A DNA stretch of 32,000 nucleotides from Pseudodesulfovibrio mercurii. Its GTDB lineage: Bacteria; Desulfobacterota; Desulfovibrionia; Desulfovibrionales; Desulfovibrionaceae. The notes under the pieces are model-generated. The model was not told where the DNA came from and did not search any database. It saw only the letters and a program-made list of their open reading frames with translations. The stretch covers positions 1,710,001 through 1,742,000 of the forward strand of contig NC_016803.1 of the NCBI RefSeq assembly GCF_000189295.2. The letters run 5' to 3'. Below, in pieces: positions 20,994 to 27,634 of the stretch. Position numbers and translations under genes: made by a program. Numbering within the stretch: the first letter of the stretch is position 1; each line of letters begins with the position of its first letter.

Positions 20994-22676
20994 ATGTCCC
21001 TGTTCAAGAAAGACGACCACGACTGGTTCCTGCCCGAAGACGTCCGCAAGCAGCTGACCGAGACCTTCAAGGCCCTCAAGGAGCCGGTCTCCCTCGAACT
21101 CTTCGCCCAATCCGGGGTCAACGACGAATTTTCCGACTACACCGCCAAATTTTGCGCCGACCTGGCCAGACTCGACGACAGGATCACCTTCGCCCGATAC
21201 GACATCCCGTCCGACCGCGCCCAGGCCCTGGGCGTGACCGCCTCACCCACCCTGTGCCTCAACCCGGACGACTACCACATCCGCTTCCTGGGGGCGCCGC
21301 TGGGCGAGGAGGGCAAGACCTTCATCACCGCCATCATGCTCGTTTCCCTGCGCACCAGCGGGTTGTCCGAGGCATCCCTTTCCCTGCTCGACCCCCTGGA
21401 CACGGAGCGCCTGGTCCAGGTCTTCGTCTCGCCGTCCTGTCCCTATTGTCCGGGCCAGGCCATGCACGCCATCAAGTCCGCCATCGCCCGGCCCGGCCTG
21501 GTCAAGGCCGAGTGCGTGGAGATGAACGAGAACCGCGAGCTGACCGAGCACTACAACGTGGGCTCGGTGCCGCACACCGTCTTCAACCGGGGCGAGCACG
21601 ACGGCCTGGGCCTCATGCCCGAGGAGCGCTTCGTGGTCGAGATGGTCCACCTCAGGTCCGCCGAGGACCTGCTCAAGGAGGGCAAGCTGCCCGGAGTGGA
21701 GGGCAAGCAGACCGCCACGGGCTACGGGACCATCGAGCCGGGCGCCGTGGACCTGGTCATCATCGGCGCGGGCCCGGCCGGGCTGACTGCGGGCATCTAC
21801 GCCGTGCGCGCCGGACTCAAGGCCGTGGTCCTGGAGAAGTCCATCGTCGGCGGCCAGGTGGCCCTGACCCCGGTGGTCGAGAACTACCCCGGCTTCACCG
21901 CCGTGCCCGGCAAGCAGCTCATGGACATCATGAGCGAGCATGCCCGCCAGTACGTGCCCGTGCACGAGGGCGAGGGCGTGGAGTCCATCACCGTGGGCGA
22001 CCCGGCCAAGGACGAGCCCATCACCGTGACCACCGCCCGGGGCGAGTACCCGGCCAAGGCGGTCATCCTGGCCACGGGCGCGAGCTACCGCAAGCTCGGC
22101 GTGCCCGGCGAGGAGACCTATTTCGGGCGCGGGGTCAACTACTGCGCCTCCTGCGACGGCTACCTGTACAAGGGCAAAACCGTGGCCATCGTGGGCGGCG
22201 GCAACACCGCCCTGACCGACGCCCTGCACCTCAAGAACCTCGGCGTGGACGTGACCCTCATCCACCGCCGCGACCAGTTCCGCGCCCAGAAGCCGCTCAT
22301 CGACTCCGTGGAGCGCGAGGGGATTCCGGTCCTGTGGAACACCGTGGTCGAGGCGATCGAGGGCGACGGGAGGAAGGTCACCGCCCTCAAGTTGCGCAAC
22401 CTCATGACCCGGGCCGAGACCGAACTGCCCCTGGACGGCGTGTTCATGGCCATCGGCCAGAAGGCCGCCACCGAGCTGGCCAAGGCCATGGGCGTGGAGC
22501 TGACCACCGAGGGCTACGTCAAGGCCGGCCCGGACAAGCGCACCAACGTGCCGCGCGTCTACGCCTGCGGCGACCTGACCGGCGGCCTGCAACAGATCGT
22601 CACCGCCATCGGCGAAGGCTCCGTGGCCGCCATGTCCGCCTTCGAGGACATCTCCCACCCGTACTGGAAGAAATAG
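20994..22676 (+). CDS. AhpF-like fusion: N-terminal double thioredoxin-fold (PDO/glutaredoxin-like, CPYC) plus C-terminal thioredoxin-reductase-type flavoprotein
   Basis: The N-terminal ~220 aa carry a single CPYC redox motif in the second fold. The FAD motif is VIIGAGPAGLTAG, the redox-active disulfide is CASCDG, the NAD(P)H motif is GGGNTAL, and HRRDQFRA is present as in NADPH-dependent TrxR. Confidence 0.8.
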   Translation: MSLFKKDDHDWFLPEDVRKQLTETFKALKEPVSLELFAQSGVNDEFSDYTAKFCADLARLDDRITFARYDIPSDRAQALGVTASPTLCLNPDDYHIRFLGAPLGEEGKTFITAIMLVSLRTSGLSEASLSLLDPLDTERLVQVFVSPSCPYCPGQAMHAIKSAIARPGLVKAECVEMNENRELTEHYNVGSVPHTVFNRGEHDGLGLMPEERFVVEMVHLRSAEDLLKEGKLPGVEGKQTATGYGTIEPGAVDLVIIGAGPAGLTAGIYAVRAGLKAVVLEKSIVGGQVALTPVVENYPGFTAVPGKQLMDIMSEHARQYVPVHEGEGVESITVGDPAKDEPITVTTARGEYPAKAVILATGASYRKLGVPGEETYFGRGVNYCASCDGYLYKGKTVAIVGGGNTALTDALHLKNLGVDVTLIHRRDQFRAQKPLIDSVEREGIPVLWNTVVEAIEGDGRKVTALKLRNLMTRAETELPLDGVFMAIGQKAATELAKAMGVELTTEGYVKAGPDKRTNVPRVYACGDLTGGLQQIVTAIGEGSVAAMSAFEDISHPYWKK

Positions 22677-22688
22677 CCTCCGGCGGCC

Positions 22689-22743
22689 GGGGGAAGGGGA
22701 AGGAAAAACCTTTCGAGAAAGGTTCTTTCCTTCCCCTTCCCCC
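22689..22743 (+). terminator. Very long GA/CT-rich hairpin 13 nt after the stop codon (terminator-like, no T-tract)
   Basis: GGGGGAAGGGGAAGGAAAAACCTTTC (22689-22714) pairs with GAAAGGTT(C)TTTCCTTCCCCTTCCCCC (22717-22743). This gives about 26 bp with one bulged C. A second small hairpin CTTCGCG-GGGTG-CGCGAAG lies at 22784-22802. Confidence 0.45.
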
Positions 22744-22856
22744 GGACCCCCTTCCCCATCCTTTTCCAAAGCTTTTTAGTACGCTTCGCGGGGTGCGCGA
22801 AGTAGTGTGCTTTTTATTATCCCCCCGGTCTTTTCCTGTTTTTCGCTCGGGCGGGG

Positions 22857-22885
22857 TTGACTCTTCACCGGCCCCCTGCTACCTC
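22857..22885 (+). promoter_or_regulatory. Putative promoter TTGACT-N17-TACCTC upstream of tetR
   Basis: The hexamers lie at 22857-22862 and 22880-22885. The operator palindromes begin 15 nt downstream. Confidence 0.3.
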
Positions 22886-22899
22886 TGATTTCTTTGATG

Positions 22900-22948
22900 T
22901 GACCATCGGTCACTTTTTGACCGCAAGTCGCAAGTTGACCATGGGTCA
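22900..22948. promoter_or_regulatory. Candidate TetR operator: two 13-bp palindromes TGACCAT(C/G)GGTCA with a third TGACC half-site, phased at 18 bp
   Basis: TGACCATCGGTCA lies at 22900-22912 and TGACCATGGGTCA at 22936-22948. A TGACC half-site lies at 22918-22922. The tandem heptamer CGCAAGT x2 (22922-22935) lies between them. The whole element is about 40 nt upstream of the tetR ATG. Confidence 0.55.
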
Positions 22949-22987
22949 CAATAAAAAATCAGCGATTCCGGGAGATGGGGGCGGAAG

Positions 22988-23581
22988 ATGGCGACCAGAC
23001 AGCAGGAAAAATCCCAGCAGACCATGCAGGAGCTCATGGCTTCGGCCATCGAGCTGTTCGGCACCAAGGGGTTCGCCAACACCTCGGTGGCCGAGATCAC
23101 CGAGCACGCGGGCTACGCCAAGGGCAGCTTCTACCGCCACTGGAACTCCAAGGACGAGCTCTTCCTCCAGATCGTGGAGCAGAAGTTCAAGCAGTACCGG
23201 GCCACCCGCCACGACCGGGTGCAGAAGGCCGCCGACCTCGAAGCGGCCATGCACATCATCTGGGACTTCCTGGAGACCATCGTGGCGGACCGCAACTGGT
23301 CGGCCATCTTCCTGGAGTTCACCATCCACGCGGCCACCAACGAAAACCTGCGCAGGCTCCTGAACAAGTCCGACTACCGCCTGTCCGACCGGGTCTTCGC
23401 CGACCTGGTCCGCAACCACGTGACATCCGACTTCCCCCCCGAGAAGATCGGAGCCCTGAACACCGCCCTGTTCGAGGGCTTCCTCATCCACCGCGCACTC
23501 GGCACCGAGACCCTGACCCTCGGCGAGGTGCGCGAGGCGGCCATCGCCCTGGCCGTCAAGAACGGCACCAGGCGGGACTGA
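22988..23581 (+). CDS. TetR/AcrR-family transcriptional regulator
   Basis: The N-terminal HTH reads AIELFGTKGFANTSVAEITEHAGYAKGSFYRHWNSKDELF. The protein is 197 aa and lies directly upstream of the TRAP genes. Confidence 0.85.
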   Translation: MATRQQEKSQQTMQELMASAIELFGTKGFANTSVAEITEHAGYAKGSFYRHWNSKDELFLQIVEQKFKQYRATRHDRVQKAADLEAAMHIIWDFLETIVADRNWSAIFLEFTIHAATNENLRRLLNKSDYRLSDRVFADLVRNHVTSDFPPEKIGALNTALFEGFLIHRALGTETLTLGEVREAAIALAVKNGTRRD

Positions 23582-23624
23582 GTCCCGCTGCGACCATATC
23601 ACTTCATTACAAGCGAGATACCCC

Positions 23625-24632
23625 ATGCGTAAGATTTTGCTGACCCTGACGGCCCTGGTCCTCATCGCCGCCGGCCTGGCCTCCCCGGCCCGCGCCGAAT
23701 CCGTGCGGCTGACCTATTCCAGCTTCTTCCCGCCCACCCACATCCAGTCCAAACTGGCCCAGCAGTGGTGCGACGAGGTGGAGCTGCGCACCGGCAAGGC
23801 GGTCATCATCGACTTCTACCCCGGCGGCACGCTCAGCCCGGCCAAACAGTGCTACGACGGCGTGGTCGAGGGCATCTCCGACCTCGGCCAGTCCGCCCTG
23901 GCCTACTCGCGCGGGCGCTTCCCGGTCATGGCCGCCGTGGACCTGCCCATGGGCTACAAGAACGGCGTCCAGGCCACGGCCGTGGCCAACGCGGTCTACG
24001 ACAAGTTCTCGCCCGCCGAGTTCGACGACGTGGTGCCCATGTACTTCCACGCCCACGGGCCGGGCCTGCTCTTCACCGTGGACAAGCCGGTCCACACCCT
24101 GGCCGACCTCAAGGGCCTCAAGATCCGCTCCACCGGCAACTCGGCCAAGCTCATCGAGGCGCTGGGCGGCACCCCGGTGGCCCAGCCCATGCCCGCAGCC
24201 TACCAGTCCCTGCAAAAGGGCGTGGTGGACGGCTCCATCCATCCCATGGAGTCCAACAAGGGATGGAAGCTCGGCGAGGTGGTCAGGCACTGCACCCTGT
24301 CCGCCTGCGTGGGCTACACCACCACCTTCTTCATCGTCATGAACAAGGCCAAGTGGAACCAGATCTCCCCGGAAAACCAAGAGATCATCCGCCAGATCGA
24401 CCAGGAGTGGTCGGTCAAGCACGGCCAGGCCTGGGACGACTCGGACGCCGAGGGACGCGAGTTCCTGACCTCCAAGGGCGGCGACTTCTATGAACTCGAA
24501 CCCGCCGAGGCCGCCCGCTGGGTGCAGGCCGCCCAGCCGGTCCTGGACGGCTACGCCGACGGCGAGGGCAAGTCCGTCGACGGCAAGGCCGTGGTCGAGT
24601 TCATCAAGGAGGTCATGACCAAAAGTCCGTAG
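23625..24632 (+). CDS. dctP: TRAP transporter substrate-binding protein (DctP family), copy 1
   Basis: The Sec signal is MRKILLTLTALVLIAAGLASPARA. DctP-type landmarks are present: LKIRSTGNSAKLIEALGGTPV, which includes the carboxylate-binding Arg position, and LQKGVVDGS. Confidence 0.85.
   Translation: MRKILLTLTALVLIAAGLASPARAESVRLTYSSFFPPTHIQSKLAQQWCDEVELRTGKAVIIDFYPGGTLSPAKQCYDGVVEGISDLGQSALAYSRGRFPVMAAVDLPMGYKNGVQATAVANAVYDKFSPAEFDDVVPMYFHAHGPGLLFTVDKPVHTLADLKGLKIRSTGNSAKLIEALGGTPVAQPMPAAYQSLQKGVVDGSIHPMESNKGWKLGEVVRHCTLSACVGYTTTFFIVMNKAKWNQISPENQEIIRQIDQEWSVKHGQAWDDSDAEGREFLTSKGGDFYELEPAEAARWVQAAQPVLDGYADGEGKSVDGKAVVEFIKEVMTKSP
23897..23947 (+). repeat. 51-nt stretch identical between the two dctP paralogues (partner at 24974-25024)
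   Basis: Base-by-base comparison shows CCTGGCCTACTCGCGCGGGCGCTTCCCGGTCATGGCCGCCGTGGACCTGCC in both copies. The flanking sequence diverges immediately on both sides. Confidence 0.9.
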
Positions 24633-24704
24633 GACATTTCATATACAAGGGGGGAGCCCTCGCGGCTCCTCCTCGGAACCCAAGCAACCATCCGGAGGGA
24701 GACA

Positions 24705-25703
24705 ATGAAAAAACTTTTAACCACGGTCCTGGCCGTGGGCCTGCTCTGCATCGGGCTGTCCGGCCAGGCGCGTGCCGAGGTCAAGCTGACCTACTCCAAC
24801 TTTTTCCCGCCCACCAACCACCAGTCCCAGCTGGCCGAGGCGTGGTGCAAGGAAGTCGAGAAGCGCACCGGCGGCAAGGTGGTCATCGAATACTATCCCG
24901 GCGGCACCCTGTCCAAGGCCGCCCAGTGCTATGACGGCGTGGTCGAGGGCATCTCCGACATCGGCCTGTCCTGCCTGGCCTACTCGCGCGGGCGCTTCCC
25001 GGTCATGGCCGCCGTGGACCTGCCGCTCGGCTACAAGGACGCGGCCCAGGCCACGGCAACGGCCAACGCGGTTTACGAGCACTTCAAGCCCGAAGAGCTG
25101 GCCGACGTGGAGCCCATGTACTTCAACGGCCACGGCCCGGGCCTGCTGTTCACCGTGAGCAAGCCCATCAAGACGCTTACGGACATGCAGGGCGAGAAGA
25201 TCCGGGCCACGGGCAACTCGGCCAAGCTGGTCGCGGCCCTGGGCGGCACCCCGGTGGCCAAGCCCATGTCCGAGAACTACCAGCTGCTGCAAAAGGGCGT
25301 GGTGGACGGCTCCATGCACCCCATCGAGTCCAACCGCTCCTTCAAGCTCGGCGAGGTCTGCAAGTTCGGCACGGACGACTTTTCCGTGGCCTACACCACG
25401 GTCTTCTTCATCGTCATGAACAAGGATAAGTGGGCCGCCATCGACCCCGAGTCGCAGAAGATCATCCGCGAGATCAACCGGGAGTGGGCGGGCAGACACG
25501 CCGCCGCCTGGGACGCGGCCGACGCGGACGGGCGGCAGTTCTTCCTGGACCAGGGCGGCGAGATCGTCGAACTGAGCGCCGAGGAATCGGCGGCCTGGGC
25601 CAAGGCGGCCCAACCCGTGCTGGACAACTACGTGACCGAACTGAACGACAAGGGCCTCGACGGCAAGACCGTACTGGCCTTCACCCAGTCCACCCTGCAA
25701 TAA
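24705..25703 (+). CDS. dctP: TRAP transporter substrate-binding protein (DctP family), copy 2
   Basis: GGAGGGAG RBS. The Sec signal is MKKLLTTVLAVGLLCIGLSGQARA. It is collinear with copy 1 along its whole length, roughly 60% identical by eye. Confidence 0.85.
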   Translation: MKKLLTTVLAVGLLCIGLSGQARAEVKLTYSNFFPPTNHQSQLAEAWCKEVEKRTGGKVVIEYYPGGTLSKAAQCYDGVVEGISDIGLSCLAYSRGRFPVMAAVDLPLGYKDAAQATATANAVYEHFKPEELADVEPMYFNGHGPGLLFTVSKPIKTLTDMQGEKIRATGNSAKLVAALGGTPVAKPMSENYQLLQKGVVDGSMHPIESNRSFKLGEVCKFGTDDFSVAYTTVFFIVMNKDKWAAIDPESQKIIREINREWAGRHAAAWDAADADGRQFFLDQGGEIVELSAEESAAWAKAAQPVLDNYVTELNDKGLDGKTVLAFTQSTLQ

Positions 25704-25714
25704 CCCATTACCGG

Positions 25715-25741
25715 ACGGGGCGGGCCAGACACCCGCCCCGT
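25715..25741 (+). terminator. Intercistronic hairpin between dctP2 and dctQ (partial terminator or mRNA stabiliser)
   Basis: The perfect 10-bp stem ACGGGGCGGG/CCCGCCCCGT has a 7-nt loop. Only TT follows. Confidence 0.4.
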
Positions 25742-25764
25742 TCATCGTGCAAAGGATCGTATTC

Positions 25765-26250
25765 ATGGAAGAAGTCAAGGGACCGCTGCTCATCACCGAG
25801 AAGATCATGCGCATCATCGCCGCGATCTCCCTGGTGGGCATGGCGGCCATGACCGGCGCGGACGTGTTCCTGCGCGGCGCGTTCAACACCCCCATCTTCG
25901 GCTGCGAGGAGATCGTGGCCATCCTCGGCGTCATCGCGGTGGGCTTCGCCCTGCCCTACGCCCACTACCAGAAAAGCCACATCGGCGTGGAGATCCTGGT
26001 CCGCCGCCTGCCCCGGCGGGTCCGCGAGCCCCTCGAACTGCTGACCACCCTGGCCACCCTGTTCCTGGTGGGAATCATCACCTGGCGCATGTTCCTGTAC
26101 GCCGGAACCCTGGCCGAGTCGGGCGAGGTCTCCATGAACCTGGAGCTGCCCGAATACTACGTGGTCTACGTCCTGGCCTTCGGCTTCTTCGTCTACGCCC
26201 TCTGCCTGCTCGCGGACGTGGTCAAATTCTTCAGGAAACGGGGGGCCTAG
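25765..26250 (+). CDS. dctQ: TRAP transporter small permease (DctQ)
   Basis: AAGGA at 25752-25756 lies 8 nt upstream of the ATG at 25765; the track start 25747 is a GTG with no RBS. There are four hydrophobic segments, and the gene sits between dctP and dctM. Confidence 0.8.
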   Translation: MEEVKGPLLITEKIMRIIAAISLVGMAAMTGADVFLRGAFNTPIFGCEEIVAILGVIAVGFALPYAHYQKSHIGVEILVRRLPRRVREPLELLTTLATLFLVGIITWRMFLYAGTLAESGEVSMNLELPEYYVVYVLAFGFFVYALCLLADVVKFFRKRGA

Positions 26251-26252
26251 CC

Positions 26253-27566
26253 ATGGATCCGACCACCGCCGGGGTCATCGGCATCTGCATCATGGTCTTC
26301 CTGTTCATGACCAGGATGCCCGTGGCCTTCGTCATGATGCTCGTGGGGTTCGTGGGCTTCTCCCTGCTGACCTCCTGGAGGGGCGGGCTCAACCTCATGA
26401 GCCGGAACATCTACGACGCCTTCGCCTCCTACGAGCTTTCGACCATCCCGCTGTTCATCCTCATGGGCCAGATCGCCTTCAACTGCGGCATCTCGCGGCG
26501 GCTCTACCAGACCGCCTACCGCTTCCTGGGCAGCACCAGGGGCGGGCTGGCCATGGCCACGGTCTCGGCCTGCACCGCCTTCGGCGCGGTCTGCGGGTCC
26601 AGCCCGGCCACGGCCGCGACCATGTCCACGGTGGGCATCCCGGAGATGAAGCGCTACGGCTACGCCAACTCCCTGGCCGCCGCCTCGGTGGCCTCGGGCG
26701 GCGGACTGGGCATGATCATGCCGCCCTCGGTGGTCCTGATCATCTACGGCGTGCTGACCGAGCAGTCCATCGGGGCGCTGTTCGTCTCGGGCATCCTGCC
26801 GGCCATCCTGCTGACCTTCCTGTTCATCGTCGGCATCTACATCCAGTGCCGGATCAACCCGGCCCTGGGACCCAAGGGCGACTCCTTCACCTGGGCCGAA
26901 AAGCTCTCGTCCCTGGCCAACCTGATCGACACCCTGCTGATCTTCGCCCTGGTCATCGGCGGCCTGTTCTGGGGGCTGTTCACCCCCACCGAGGCCGCCT
27001 CCATCGGCGTCATCGGCGTGCTCGTCCTGGCTTTGGTCAAACGCCAGCTGACCTGGCAGGCCTTCGTCAACTCGCTGTACGAGACCCTGCGCACCTCATG
27101 CATGGTATTGGTGCTTATCGCGGGCGCGGTGGTCTTCGGCAAGTTCCTGGCCGTGACGCGCATCCCCTTCGACATCGCCGAGTGGGTCTCCGCCTTCGAC
27201 ATGCCGCCCTTCGCCATCATGGGCACGATCATCCTGATCTACTTCATCGGCGGCTGCTTCATGGACTCCCTGGCCCTGATCATGCTGACCATCCCGGTCT
27301 TCTACCCGGTGGTCACGAACATGGGCTTCGACCCCATCTGGTTCGGCGTCATCATCGTGCTCGTCACCGAGATGGGCGTGATCACCCCGCCGGTGGGCAT
27401 CAACGTCTACGTGGTCTACGGCATGTGCCGCAAGATCGCCCCGGACGTGACGCTCGAGGACGTGTTCAAGGGCATCCTGCCGTTCATGCTCTCGATCATC
27501 GTGGGCATCGGCCTGCTGTTCATCTTCCCGCAGATCATCCTGTTCCTGCCCAGGCTGATGTACTGA
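26253..27566 (+). CDS. dctM: TRAP transporter large permease (DctM)
   Basis: The 437-aa polytopic membrane protein starts 2 nt after the dctQ stop and has the DctM-type hydrophobic profile. Confidence 0.9.
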   Translation: MDPTTAGVIGICIMVFLFMTRMPVAFVMMLVGFVGFSLLTSWRGGLNLMSRNIYDAFASYELSTIPLFILMGQIAFNCGISRRLYQTAYRFLGSTRGGLAMATVSACTAFGAVCGSSPATAATMSTVGIPEMKRYGYANSLAAASVASGGGLGMIMPPSVVLIIYGVLTEQSIGALFVSGILPAILLTFLFIVGIYIQCRINPALGPKGDSFTWAEKLSSLANLIDTLLIFALVIGGLFWGLFTPTEAASIGVIGVLVLALVKRQLTWQAFVNSLYETLRTSCMVLVLIAGAVVFGKFLAVTRIPFDIAEWVSAFDMPPFAIMGTIILIYFIGGCFMDSLALIMLTIPVFYPVVTNMGFDPIWFGVIIVLVTEMGVITPPVGINVYVVYGMCRKIAPDVTLEDVFKGILPFMLSIIVGIGLLFIFPQIILFLPRLMY

Positions 27567-27577
27567 CGGGCGACGGA

Positions 27578-27625
27578 GCGCACAAAAAAAGACCCCGGAC
27601 CGGTCCGGGGTCTTTTTTTGTGCGC
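27578..27625. terminator. Bidirectional rho-independent terminator (perfect 48-bp palindrome)
   Basis: GCGCACAAAAAAAGACCCCGGAC | CGGTCCGGGGTCTTTTTTTGTGCGC forms a GC core stem flanked by A7 on the left and T7 on the right. It lies between the convergent stops at 27566 (+) and 27635 (-). Confidence 0.85.
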
Positions 27626-27634
27626 GCACGCCGG

